Positions 1 through 10,971 of a stretch of 64,000 bases of DNA are shown one piece after another. Both the position numbers and the translations under genes were made by a program. The stretch comes from Candidatus Bathyarchaeota archaeon (GTDB taxonomy: Archaea; Thermoproteota; Bathyarchaeia; Bathyarchaeales; Bathycorpusculaceae), in the NCBI GenBank assembly GCA_963772455.1, contig CAVYXJ010000012.1, forward strand, positions 32,001 through 96,000. Direction: 5' to 3'. Position 1 is the first letter of the stretch, and each line of letters opens with the position of its first letter. Below the pieces are notes generated by a model. That model made no database searches. It was not told where the DNA came from and worked only from the letters and a program-made list of their open reading frames with translations.

Positions 1-389
1 TCGTTTGTTTTTGGTAACCCATCTAATGAGACAAATAATCTGTGATTAAATTTTTCAGGTATCCTGATTGTTCCGTTTGTTATAACGTAGACCAAAGGGA
101 ATATTTTATCAGCAAGCATTAAAACATCCTGCCTAAGCGCGGGTTCGCCTCCTACCAGCAAAACTGCCCTTATTCCTGATTTGAAAAGATTTTTAAATCT
201 TTTTTCCCAAATAGAAATTTGCAACTCTTGCTTTTTTAGATCTTCTTTACCGTGAAAATGATAACAGTGTTTGCACCTGAGGTTACAATTGTCGGTGACA
301 TCAATTTCCGCGAAAAATTTTGTTCTGAACATAATTCTCTTCAGATCAAGCCAAAAGAAGAGCAAAATTGTTTGCAGTTGCTTTTTCAT
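1..389 (-). CDS. Radical SAM protein (3' end runs off the window)
   Basis: Manual translation MKKQLQTILL...DVTDNCNLRCKHCY...LVGGEPAL...ITNG...VSLDG: CxxxCxxC, GGEP, TNG and SLDG motifs; not in the ORF track. Confidence 0.9.
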   Translation of the reverse strand, partial: MKKQLQTILLFFWLDLKRIMFRTKFFAEIDVTDNCNLRCKHCYHFHGKEDLKKQELQISIWEKRFKNLFKSGIRAVLLVGGEPALRQDVLMLADKIFPLVYVITNGTIRIPEKFNHRLFVSLDGLPKTN

Positions 390-598
390 TATAGAATTAC
401 AAGTGTTAAAACATTTAAAGCCTTATTAATTCTTTAGAAATAATTGATGCAACGTGCCCGACCCACTTTGTTTTTGGATAATGTTAAAACGACGGTTTAA
501 ACGACAGTGTGTGAAGCTAGCCCTCGGCACCACTAATTTTTACAAAATTCAATAATTTGAAGAATTGTTTATTATATTACAGATATTATTGAAAATGC

Positions 599-1198
599 AT
601 GTTTGAGTTCCTTGTTGTCATTGCAGCGGTTGCATCTTTTATTGGCGCCTCTATTTACATACGTTCGATGTTCGTTGGAGGTACCAAACCTAATCGTGTG
701 ACTTGGTTAATGTGGGCTATCGCGCCTTTAATTGCAACTGCCGCTGCTATATCAAATGGTGTAGGTTGGGCTGTTTTGCCTGTTTTTATGGCAGGTTTTT
801 CGCCTTTTCTAATTTTTGCTGCATCTTTTTTCGCAAAGAAGGCTTACTGGAGACTTTCAAGTTTTGATTATATCTGTGGTGTGCTCTCTGGATTTGCGCT
901 TGTCATGTGGTGGTTAACCAAAGATCCCAATGTGGCAATCGTTTTTGCTATATCGAGTGATGGATTGGCATCGATACCGACTTTTAAAAAGGCTTGGACA
1001 AATCCAGAAACAGAATCGGTTTGGCCCTTCTTAATTGGCACATTCGCTGCAGCTTCAAGTTTGGTTGTTGCTACTCTATGGATTTTTTCGGAATACGCCT
1101 TTCCTATTTATCTAATTATAGTTAACATTATAATTCTTTTAGTGCTCTACAATAAACATCTAATAGTGCTGTTGAAGAAACCAGGTAAAGTTTCCTAA
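599..1198 (+). CDS. Uncharacterised multi-pass membrane protein
   Basis: 199 aa with several hydrophobic segments; KPNRVTW and PETES motifs. Confidence 0.75.
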   Translation: MFEFLVVIAAVASFIGASIYIRSMFVGGTKPNRVTWLMWAIAPLIATAAAISNGVGWAVLPVFMAGFSPFLIFAASFFAKKAYWRLSSFDYICGVLSGFALVMWWLTKDPNVAIVFAISSDGLASIPTFKKAWTNPETESVWPFLIGTFAAASSLVVATLWIFSEYAFPIYLIIVNIIILLVLYNKHLIVLLKKPGKVS

Positions 1199-1241
1199 AA
1201 GTTTTATAATACCAAAAATGTTGCATCGATAGGAATTTCAT

Positions 1242-1796
1242 ATGGAACTTGATGTTTGTATTAAAGGTAGAAGAAGCGTAAGGGCTTACACTAATGAATC
1301 TGTTTTGAAAGAGCAAATTGAAGCTGTTTTGGATGCAGGAACTTGGGCTCCAACTGGGATGCATCGAGAACCTTGGAAATTTATTGTTATTGAAGATAAG
1401 CAATTAATCAAATACATATCCGAAGAAACAAAGTCGTTAGTTCAACAAATGATGCCTCCTTTAGCCAGTCAATTTTCAACAGACGCCGACATAGTCTGCT
1501 ACAATGCACCTGTACTCATTTTGTTATGTACTGAAAAAGATGAACAATGGGATAACGTGAATCTACTCGATTGTGTTCTAGCTACTCAGAACATGTTTCT
1601 AAAAGCATACGAACTGGGTCTTGGAACCTGTTACATGGGATTCATTAATTTCCTAAACAACAAACCAGAGGCACTCAAGAAAGCTGGAGTTCCAGAGAAC
1701 TGCAAAATGATGGTTCCATTTATTTTGGGGCACCCTAAAACAGTTCAGGGCAAAGGAAAAAGAAACAAACCCGTAATTCAAAAATGGATTAAATGA
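1242..1796 (+). CDS. Nitroreductase family protein
   Basis: RRSVRAY, AP...EPWKFIVI and LGLGTC motifs. Confidence 0.92.
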   Translation: MELDVCIKGRRSVRAYTNESVLKEQIEAVLDAGTWAPTGMHREPWKFIVIEDKQLIKYISEETKSLVQQMMPPLASQFSTDADIVCYNAPVLILLCTEKDEQWDNVNLLDCVLATQNMFLKAYELGLGTCYMGFINFLNNKPEALKKAGVPENCKMMVPFILGHPKTVQGKGKRNKPVIQKWIK

Positions 1797-1988
1797 TCTA
1801 TCGATCTTTTCAAACCATAATCATTTATCTGATTCACCCATTATTTTTATTTTTAAATTCTTTATAGTTTATGTTTTGTTTATTTGTTAATTGTGGAAAA
1901 TCCTTAAGAAAGACGATGAAATCTGGCATTGGCTATGACCAGTAAGCGAGTATTAATCTTGTAGGTTCTCTCTGAGGCTTGATGTTAA

Positions 1989-4900
1989 ATGTCAAAATCT
2001 CTTTTCGATTCACTAAACAATTTCATTCGCAAACGGCACAGATTGATAATAATCGCCTGGGTAGTTGTAGTGCTGCTTTCGCTTATTCTTGATCCCCAGC
2101 TTTTTCTCAGCAGTTTCTTATGACTTAACTGGAGGATTTGGTTCCCGTTCAGATACTGAGTCAGATAGAGCTTCAAAAATAATAGATGCACAATTCCATA
2201 CATCTAGTAATGGAACTAGAAATAGTTCTGGTAGTGAAAACAACAGCATAATAGTTGTTCTTCAAGGAGTACCCGTATATTCTGATGCATTAAAACAAAA
2301 AGTGCTCACCTTAAACGATACTCTATCTAAAAATGCTGGCATATCAAATTACACTGGTCAAACAAGCCTTTACACATTGGAAGCTAGCCTTCTTAATTCG
2401 TCTTTATCAGATTTAATTAATCAGACTGCGAGTCTCCAATCCAATATAATCGAGATTAATTCTGGATTATTTACTTTAAGAGACAATTTTTCGGTGTTGA
2501 GCGAAAACTTGTTTGGGTTACAAACCGGTATCAATCAAACTGCTCAACTAGTTTTCGGTGTGCCCACAGCTTTCGTTGGTGTCTGGCAAGGTATAACTGC
2601 GCAGGGTGTATCGGACCCAATTATTGCGAACATACAAGCTAATGCAACATTGTATGTTTTAACCTCTAATTTCGGAGGCGATGCTCAATCAATAGGGTAT
2701 TACACGGCATTCTATAATGCATGGGATATCAGTTTTCAAGCACTTCCAAACGATATATCCATTGCAGACCGCGAAGCTTTTGCAATAGGACAATCTGTTT
2801 TAGGTTTCTTAAATAACCCGCAAATTGATTCACAAACAAAACAAATGATTGGTCTTGTTGCTTCGGGTTTAAATGTCAATACTTGGAATCGACCTGCAGC
2901 AATAACGAATCTAACAGTCACAACTATTGCCTCAAGCATACCTGAAGAATTTTCAACTGCACTAGGTGCCTCTCCCCTCAGTGTTGTCAATAGATTATAT
3001 GGATTTGGAGAGTCTCCTTCAAATGCAATACTTGGTAGTTACGCAATTTCGCTTTTGGAAAATTCTTATTCTAACCTGACATCTTCGGATGTAGGCTTTT
3101 CAATCTCTGATTTGTTAGGTGCCTCTTATCAACTTGGAGTATCTCCAAACAATTCACAAACATGGAAATTAGCAAGCGATTTTATTTCAAATGCCACCCA
3201 AAGCACCCTCTCTGATTCACCACTTTTCACAATAAATGCCACATCACTTAGTAATTTTATTTCAGAAATATCGCCAAATTCTACAACACCTGATTTGAAC
3301 CTTGCAATTGACGATTTAATTGCAACTCAACCTTACGTCAATTATCCTTTCATGCCTTCAAATGCTTTAACGGGCAATTTTGTTAATTCCAAAAATGATT
3401 CTATGTTAATTATTCTGGGATTCTCAAGTGAAACCAACCAAAACACGATTGCCCAAGTTGAGTCAGATGTGCAGAATTCTGGATTAAAAGACTTTGGAGC
3501 GGTTTATGTAACTGGTGGCTCAGTTTTAAGTAGAGATGTTGAGAAAGCCTTTTTGCCTGCTCTTGAAGTAACGGCGGGACCGGGAATAGCGATTTCTCTG
3601 TTAATCGTTGGACTCCTGTTTATGGCTCCGGTTGCTGCTTTGATTCCCGTAATTTTAGGAGGCATTTCAGTTTCGGTATCCCTAGCTGCAATTTACATTT
3701 CAGTTGTAGAAGTTGGTCATTCAACTTTGACTTTTCTAACACCAACATTAACCATTTTACTCATGTTAGGATTAGCAGTAGACTATGCGGTTTTGCAGCT
3801 TAAACGGACACGTGAAGAACGCCAGAAAGGCAAATCCATTGAAGAAAGTGTGGCTATTTCCCTTAAGTGGGCAGGTCAAGCAGTTCTTACTGCTGGGTTG
3901 ACGGTTATTGTTGCATACATCGTTATGGCTGTTGCAAACGTTCCAATATTTAGCGATGTTGGAATCGCTATTGCCTTAGGTGTTTCAATTTTACTTTTTG
4001 CATCACTTACTCTTTTGCCTGCTCTTGAAATTGCTTTAGGAGATAAGATATTCTGGCCTGGACTAAAGAAATTAGCTAAAAAATCTGATCCAAACAAGAA
4101 TGTACTAAAACGATTAGCGCAAGGCACACTTAAACATAAAGTTCCCATTGTAATAATGATCAGTTTACTTTCTTTAGGCGCTTTCTTTGTTGTTGCCAAT
4201 ACTCCTACTAGCGAAGATTTTCTCAGTTTGATTCCAAAATTCGAAAGCAATCAGGGACTTACCGTTATAGCTGACAGTTTTGGCAGCGGAACAATAGAAC
4301 CTACACAAATTGTCATTGTTACTACTTCACAAGTAACCTATGGAAACAACCAGTTTAACCAGACCTTGCTTAATCAGATTGAACAAATAACAGCCACCGC
4401 TGCAGAATCTAAGGGGGTAGCAACTGTTTCAAGTCCTACTAGACCTTTTGGAAATGCTTTTAACTATTCATCTATTGAGACCATGCCTGAACTGTTGCGT
4501 CTGCAATATCAGAGTCAAATGTTTTCGATGATTGGACAAGATAATAAGACAGTTGTTATCAATGTTGGATTTTCAAATTCAGCTTTTAGTCAAGGCGCCT
4601 TAGACTCATTGCAAACAATGGAGAAAAACATTAACGATCTCCCTGACTTGAGCGGTTTAACAATTTACTTTGGAGGCGCAACTCCATCAGCCTATGAAAG
4701 CCATTCGTTTATGACTTCATTAATTCCTCAAGTTGTAATAATTCTGTCAGCAGCAGTTTTCGTAATATTATTCTTCCAATTGCGTTCAGCTTTTACACCG
4801 ATTCGACTGATAATTACAATATTGTGTAGCGTCGTTTTTTCTTTAGCAATCATTTCTGCAATATTCTATTTCGCTCTGAATCTGCCAATTTTAGACTTCG

Positions 4901-5268
4901 CACCTTTGTTTGTTGTAGTAACTATGCTGGGAGTAGGAATTGACTATGACATATTCTTCCTCACACGAATTCGAGAAGAAGTCCTCAATGGGAAAACCGA
5001 CAATGAAGCAATTATAACAGCTATCGATAAGGTCTGGGTAACTATATTTTGTTTAGGGCTAGTTCTTGCAACTGTCTTCGCCTCGCTGATACTGACCAAC
5101 ATTCCAATTCTCCAAGAAATTAGCCTAGCAGTCGCTGCCGCGGTTATGATAGATGTAAGCGTTATCATACTTTTCTTCGTTCCTGCACTCATGGGTTTAG
5201 CACAAAAATACAATTGGTGGCCTTACAAAATTGTACGAAATAAAACAATCGAAAATGATTCGGAATAA
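1989..5268 (+). CDS. MMPL/RND family transporter with large extracellular insert (one extra base near 2088)
   Basis: Two TM clusters with GLAVDY and GVGIDY motifs; N-terminus MSKSLFDSLNNFIRKRHRLIIIAWVVVVLLSLI from ATG 1989 joins the 2089 ORF if C2088 is removed. Confidence 0.88.
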
Positions 5269-5570
5269 ATTCCAACAATTTTTATTTATTTATTTTTTTA
5301 GAAATAGAATCATCGTTTTACGTTACTAGTCTTGGCTTAGTGCTTCATAGTTTATTTTTTTTCGAAATAAAACAATTTTTTAGGGCTTCGTACGTTGCAA
5401 GCGTTAAGTTGGCTCACCGCAATTAACCATTCAGAAGCCCTTTGTTTCAATAAAAAATAGTAAATTCAACATGATTTTCTATTAAAAAAGCTCGATTTTA
5501 GGCATTTAACAAGCAAATGATAGAAAGTGTTTTAAACACATAGATACGATACGTCATCAGAGGAATAATT

Positions 5571-5735
5571 ATGGCAAAATGCCCAACATGTGGAAAAGAC
5601 GCAAAGACCCCAAAAAAAACTTGGAAGATGGCTGGTAAACCAGACAAGAAAGGTAAACGGACACAACTTACCATAGCGCTCTATGATTGCTGCGGTAAGA
5701 CTTTCCGAGAAGTCTTAGATAAGAAAAAGATCTAA
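5571..5735 (+). CDS. Cren7-like small chromatin protein with Cys residues (54 aa)
   Basis: MAKCPTCGKDAKTPKKTWKMAGKPDKKGKRTQLTIALYDCCGKTFREVLDKKKI; K-x-W...KG...I-x-L-Y/F...GK-x-FR pattern as in Cren7; TTTAAA box and GAGG upstream; below the ORF track cutoff. Confidence 0.75.
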   Translation: MAKCPTCGKDAKTPKKTWKMAGKPDKKGKRTQLTIALYDCCGKTFREVLDKKKI

Positions 5736-5815
5736 ACAAGGAAAATCTTCCATTTCCTTTTTCTATTTTTTCTTCATTTAAAATTTAGCCTTATTGGTTA
5801 ACTAATCTTGGGGTA

Positions 5816-6487
5816 TTACCCTTTGATTAGTGTAAAAATTGAATTTTGACCTGCCATTATTGATTTGATCCGTTCTGGAAATAATCCGTTAACAACAAAA
5901 CAATTAATTGGTGTTTTCAAAAGCAGTTTAGGTAAGGCTTGGTCTACACTTGTTCGCTTATCCATGGCTAATAAATCGTTTACTGATATTTGTTTTATTA
6001 ATTTAGCTTCTGAAAATTTTTTGGGGTCGTTATTGAAGATTCCATCGACATCCGTAACCAATATAACTTTAGCAACTTTCAATCTGCCAGCAATGTATAC
6101 GGCGATTGAGTCAGATGTTACAGCCCAAGAATTTTCCAAGGGGTCTTCTTGAAGTAGCAGATTTGAAGGCAAGAAAATGGGTATCTTGTTCAAATCTATA
6201 ATTCGTTTTATTTCTTCAAGTGTATTTGTTGTAATCGAACCAGGAATCAAATCTGACAGTAGCATTCCATATTGATCCATGCCTAAAATTGCCATCTTGT
6301 GAGATGTACTGGCCGACAAATGGAAACTTTTATCTAAACATCGTACAACATCAGCGAATTCGCCTCCACCAGGAATCACAATCAATTTTTGTTCCATTGA
6401 AATTTCACTTAATTTTATGCATAAAGCTCTCACCTTTTTGGGGTATACCGATAAACTGCCGCCAACTTTTACGACCGTAGCATTCAT
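5816..6487 (-). CDS. mfnE: Amino-acid-kinase family, [5-(aminomethyl)furan-3-yl]methyl phosphate kinase
   Basis: VKVGGS, PGGGEFAD, SWAVTSDSIA and TDVDGIF motifs; mfn operon context. Confidence 0.85.
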   Translation of the reverse strand: MNATVVKVGGSLSVYPKKVRALCIKLSEISMEQKLIVIPGGGEFADVVRCLDKSFHLSASTSHKMAILGMDQYGMLLSDLIPGSITTNTLEEIKRIIDLNKIPIFLPSNLLLQEDPLENSWAVTSDSIAVYIAGRLKVAKVILVTDVDGIFNNDPKKFSEAKLIKQISVNDLLAMDKRTSVDQALPKLLLKTPINCFVVNGLFPERIKSIMAGQNSIFTLIKG

Positions 6488-7545
6488 TTGATGTTTTCTC
6501 CTTCAAGTTTACTTGCAGCCATTATAGCAACTCCGAAGGCTGGAGTAGCTAAAACAGCCTGATTAGACAGTATTTTTCCTAAATCAATTATTTCGTCCAC
6601 ACATAATTTTTCAGCGGCTTTTCGTGCGATAAAGTTTTTTCCAAGTCCAGTAATTACGATGGGAACTTTACTTGAAGTTAATGATTTGGTGAAGGAATAG
6701 ACTTTTCTTAAACCCTCTACAACGTCTTGAATTTGTTTATCCGAAATATATTCTGCCATTTTGACAATTTCTTGTTTGGTTAACATTTCGGTATCTGCAC
6801 ATACGACTCGGGCAATTCGCGCTAATGCTTCAGGTATAGTTTTTCCTTTTCCGTCTGCAGTCTCGCTTGAATATTCATCCTTGTGTATATTGCCTAAAAC
6901 CAGATGGATATCGCCTGATAATGCGAAAAGCTCAGATGCAACACCTGCAACGGCATTTCTAATTGGAATTGAATGTACGATTGTTGCAACGTTTGTTCTT
7001 AAGCTTCCAGTATAAACAAGCTCACCACAGATGAGTTTGTCCAAATCAGTCTTACCAAGTGCTACAACCTTACTGTTTACAACGGGGATTATGGTAGTGC
7101 TTGTGCTTCCAACATCGACGATAACGCAGTTCTTGAGTTTTTTAGCTACTAACCAACCGGTTGCCGCCCAATTTGCTGCTGCTATATCGAGCGGTTTGTG
7201 CTTAGCAATATCCAAGGTTACCATTTCAGCACTTGTGTTTAGTACGAGAACTGGTGTTTTAGGAAAAGTCTTTGAAACGCAGTTTAAAATGTCGGTGACA
7301 CCTTCCCGTTTGGTTTGATAAGCATCGGAAAGTTCAGCGGTCATGGTTAAACCAACACCATCTAAATCGCTCGCATCTAACTGCCGTTTAAGGTTGAGAA
7401 GAACTTGTGCGAGTTTTTCGGGTTTTTTCCAGATTGGAAAATACTTAACCGCAACTTTCGCTTCTATAAGCTTACCTCCTTTGACGCATACGAGTGCAGC
7501 TTTGGTGTTTGCTCCGCCGACATCGTAGCCTAACACATGAACCAA
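6484..7545 (-). CDS. mfnF: Hydantoinase/oxoprolinase-like methanofuran coupling enzyme
   Basis: GYDVGGANTK, TMTAELSD, AAANW and DVGSTST motifs. Confidence 0.88.
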   Translation of the reverse strand: MVHVLGYDVGGANTKAALVCVKGGKLIEAKVAVKYFPIWKKPEKLAQVLLNLKRQLDASDLDGVGLTMTAELSDAYQTKREGVTDILNCVSKTFPKTPVLVLNTSAEMVTLDIAKHKPLDIAAANWAATGWLVAKKLKNCVIVDVGSTSTTIIPVVNSKVVALGKTDLDKLICGELVYTGSLRTNVATIVHSIPIRNAVAGVASELFALSGDIHLVLGNIHKDEYSSETADGKGKTIPEALARIARVVCADTEMLTKQEIVKMAEYISDKQIQDVVEGLRKVYSFTKSLTSSKVPIVITGLGKNFIARKAAEKLCVDEIIDLGKILSNQAVLATPAFGVAIMAASKLEGENIK

Positions 7546-7554
7546 ATGTCTTCC

Positions 7555-8775
7555 TCAAGTGATAATGTTGTGTATAGTCTTTTTAGCTTCTTCTAAATGG
7601 ATCTTTGCATCAGTTAAGGTGATGCCTTCACCGATGATTAGAGCAATTGACTTTTTGTTTTCGCTTAAAGGAAAAGGTGGTGCAACAACAGAACTCATTT
7701 CCTTTATTTTTTGAAAAGCCGTAGTTGTTGGTTTGGATATTTCTACTTTTGAGAAACAGGCAAATGCTTTATTTTCGAGTTTACTTGGAAGCATATCTTT
7801 CAAAACAGCATCTACCAAAGCTTTGGCAACATTAAACCGCGCAACTTTTCGCAAGCCAATATACGAGGTTGTCAATCTTGGGTTAACGTCAACAACGAAC
7901 GGTTTATGCTCTGTGAAAACGAAATCTACTCCAACATATCCTTTCAAATCAGAGAAGGTTTCGACTACTTTTTCTGCAATCTCGAATGCTTCTTGTTTAA
8001 GCCAATTCTCAAAAGGGACTTCGCCACCTTCGTAACTTGAAGTTGCATCTGAACCAGCAAGGTAAATGTCTTGTTTGTTTAAGCTAATCGCTTTGGCTTT
8101 TTTGCCTGTGGACAGCAGACTGACGCTTGCAGCTTGGCCTTTGATAAATTCTTGGGCAATAAAACATTTACACATAGATACAACGCTTATTTTTTTGATG
8201 GCGTCAGAAAGTTGGGTTTCTCTATTAACCAAACTTAATCCGCTACAGCCTACCCCATCGGCAGGTTTCAAAATTAATGGATAACCTAAGCTTTTCTTAA
8301 TTGTTTCTTTAATTTTGTTTAATCCATCGTCCATTCCAAGTATCACTGTTTTCGGTGAAACTCCAAGTTTTTGCAGTACTTCAGACAAAACTGTCTTATC
8401 AGCTACTTTCTTGATTGTGCGGGATTTACAATTTAACGATTTTTTACCCGTTTGCTCTGCAAGTTCTACAAACGATTGCAGTGTTTGTTCAGTTTCAGGT
8501 GCTATAACATAAATTGCATCGTTAATTTTGGAAATATTGGTAAAAACTTTTTCAAGGTCATTGAGATTAAATATTTTCTCAGTACAATCGGCATCTAAGA
8601 GTGGGTTAAGTTTTGATAGTCGTGAATCAATTAAAACTGTTACTTCATGGCCTGCGACTTTAAAATCTTCAACTATGCAGCGGAGCATGCCAAATCCTTC
8701 TGCTAATACACTTGGAGAAATATCTTGACCTGCATAACCTCCGCCTGAAACATGCTCGTAAACAAAAATCTTCAA
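7555..8775 (-). CDS. mfnD: ATP-grasp tyramine-L-glutamate ligase
   Basis: EGFGML, IAPE, KPADGVG and DVNPRLTTSY motifs. Confidence 0.88.
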   Translation of the reverse strand: MKIFVYEHVSGGGYAGQDISPSVLAEGFGMLRCIVEDFKVAGHEVTVLIDSRLSKLNPLLDADCTEKIFNLNDLEKVFTNISKINDAIYVIAPETEQTLQSFVELAEQTGKKSLNCKSRTIKKVADKTVLSEVLQKLGVSPKTVILGMDDGLNKIKETIKKSLGYPLILKPADGVGCSGLSLVNRETQLSDAIKKISVVSMCKCFIAQEFIKGQAASVSLLSTGKKAKAISLNKQDIYLAGSDATSSYEGGEVPFENWLKQEAFEIAEKVVETFSDLKGYVGVDFVFTEHKPFVVDVNPRLTTSYIGLRKVARFNVAKALVDAVLKDMLPSKLENKAFACFSKVEISKPTTTAFQKIKEMSSVVAPPFPLSENKKSIALIIGEGITLTDAKIHLEEAKKTIHNIIT

Positions 8776-8811
8776 AACTAACTCCTTTCCAGAATCAATT
8801 GAAAAATCATA

Positions 8812-9956
8812 TTACTTTTCAACCTTTTCTATCTCAGCCAAATCTTGCAGAAACTTTTTGATATGTTTACTTTTTACATGTGGCATAACAACAATCCTTA
8901 TGCAGTCATGCCTTGGAACATAAGAAACAAACCAACCTTTCGCCCGCAACCTCTCAGACAAAACCTTTGTATTTTCGCTTCGAAAAGCAACAATATTCAA
9001 AGTGGGTTTCACAACAAGATTAAAACCAGCTTTTTCGACGCCATCAACGAGCAACTTTGTGTTCTTCATGCAAGTGCCCACGATTTTTTGGAAGCCTTCC
9101 GTGCCTAATGTCTTGAAAACTGCCCATGCTGAAGCGACTGCGGCTCCAGATCTTGTTCCTGCAAATGTGTATTGGACCTTGTCGGTTATGTAAGGTGTTT
9201 CAGTTTTGAGATAATTCAGGGTTGTTGCATCTTTGAAGAGGATGCCTCCTGCAGGAATTGCTGCCATTCCCATCTTGTGTGGGTCAACTGTAATGGATTT
9301 AACGCCTTCTAAGCTGAAGTCAAAGATTGGTTTTATGTTGGGTAAAAAAGGAATTATTAATCCGCCAAAGGCTGCATCAACGTGCAAGTATATGTTATGA
9401 CGCAGTGCAATTTCGGAAAGCTTATCGATGGGGTCGACCACTCCTAATTCTGCTGTTCCAGCAGTTCCAACAATTGCTATTGTGTTTTTGTTTATGCATT
9501 TTTTGACTTCTGATGTGTCAACTCTAAGAGAACTATCTAACTCTGCATACACAGGTTTCAAATTCAGAAGATTACAGATTTTGGTAAATGAGAAGTGAAC
9601 TGACTTTGGCAAAACCACTTCAGGTTGACTGATGTTTGCCATATTTTTTGCTGCTAAGTAAAGCCATTAGATTTGCTTCTGTGCCCCCTGAAACAACAAA
9701 TCCACTTGCATTCTCTTTGTGGAGTAACAGTTGAAAGTGCATGGACGACTTCTTTTTCTATTAGCAAGGTTCCAGCAAAAAGTCCTGAATCCCCCAGATT
9801 TGATTCAAAAAACATTTGGTAAGCTTTTTTTGCTATAGGATGAGGAGTTGTACACATTGAACATAGAACTCTTCCATCAACATATTGTTGATCTAAATTA
9901 TGCAACTTTTTTAGTTCAGCCAAAACAGTTTTTCCGCTTAACCCTTTTTGTTGCAA
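8812..9956 (-). CDS. mfnA: PLP-dependent L-tyrosine decarboxylase (one extra base near 9728)
   Basis: SMCTTPHP and NLGD in the 5' piece; HVDAAFGG and VDPHK in the 3' piece; GGTEAN restored on removing one base. Confidence 0.9.
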
Positions 9957-9958
9957 GG

Positions 9959-10699
9959 CTAAGCCCTCTTAAAGTTGGCTCTTGTTTCCGCCTGTTTAAC
10001 TTCATCAACGAGTTCACTTACTAGTTTTCTGGTGATTTGACCTGTTTCTCGATTGTTGTTTGTACATGCTGCACCTCGTAATCCAGCGATGTCTGCATTT
10101 AAACCGTAAACTACCGGCAAATCCTGTTTTCTCAGTGAACCAGCCAAGGCGGTTACAAGGCCAAAACTATGTGCTAAGTTAACAAATTTTCTAAGTTGCT
10201 CAATTGTTAAGTAATCAAATAGGTTTTTGCCATCTTTAATCGATGTATCTAGCATTGCAACCTCGACTTGAGCTTTGTTTGCTATTTCAGGAATAAGCAA
10301 AGGATCTATTGTGCCGATTTTTTCGGCATCTGCATAACCGGCTAAAGCAACCTTGATGTTAGGATTGCATTCTTTAGCGGCTCTATTTACTTTTTGCAGT
10401 AGAAAAATTGCTTCTTTTGGCGTTTTAATTCCGAAAAGACCTACTTTAATGTAATCTACTCCAAGTGATGCAGCTCCCACAGCTGCCAGTGAAAATGAAC
10501 CAGGGAGATTTCCAATTTCTCCTAATGTACAGCTGACCTCGAGTTTTTTTGGAGTAATATCTTTTATTTTCTTAATAACCCATGGATAATTTGCGCCAAG
10601 TGCACCTTCTTCAGGGTTCTTTACATCGATTATGTCGGCGCCTCCAGCGATTGCTTCTAAAGCTTCTTTTTCGTTCATGGGGCTTATGAGCAGCTTCAA
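9959..10699 (-). CDS. mfnB: (5-formylfuran-3-yl)methyl phosphate synthase
   Basis: KLLISP, DIIDVKNPEEGALGA, YIKVG and ALAGSL motifs. Confidence 0.93.
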   Translation of the reverse strand: MKLLISPMNEKEALEAIAGGADIIDVKNPEEGALGANYPWVIKKIKDITPKKLEVSCTLGEIGNLPGSFSLAAVGAASLGVDYIKVGLFGIKTPKEAIFLLQKVNRAAKECNPNIKVALAGYADAEKIGTIDPLLIPEIANKAQVEVAMLDTSIKDGKNLFDYLTIEQLRKFVNLAHSFGLVTALAGSLRKQDLPVVYGLNADIAGLRGAACTNNNRETGQITRKLVSELVDEVKQAETRANFKRA

Positions 10700-10971
10700 G
10701 TGGTATCACATTGATGCGGCTTATTGGTGCCTTTAAAGTTTTCCTGTGATAGGGGGAAATTTCTTTATTGATAAAATTGTCTCCGGTTTTGTAAGAAATA
10801 GACTTCCTATGTTGAGTTTGCTGTCTTTTAAGTTGTTTTTATCTGGTTTTTTTGTGTAAACTGTTTTTCAAAGGTGCATTGGCTACAATAATTTAGTAGC
10901 AGGAATACAATTATTCAAGAAGAGGTATGTTTTTGTGGGACTGTAAAGTTCAATTCTGGTGAGGCTGTAAC

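Noticed and set aside
1912-1980. Possible third C/D RNA (ACGATGA...ATGA...CTGAGGC) before the MMPL gene
   Set aside because: C box is non-canonical, the terminal stem is weak and the region doubles as the MMPL leader
5382-5441. Hammerhead ribozyme on the minus strand (CTGA...GAA)
   Set aside because: No CUGANGA or GAAA core and no three correctly placed stems
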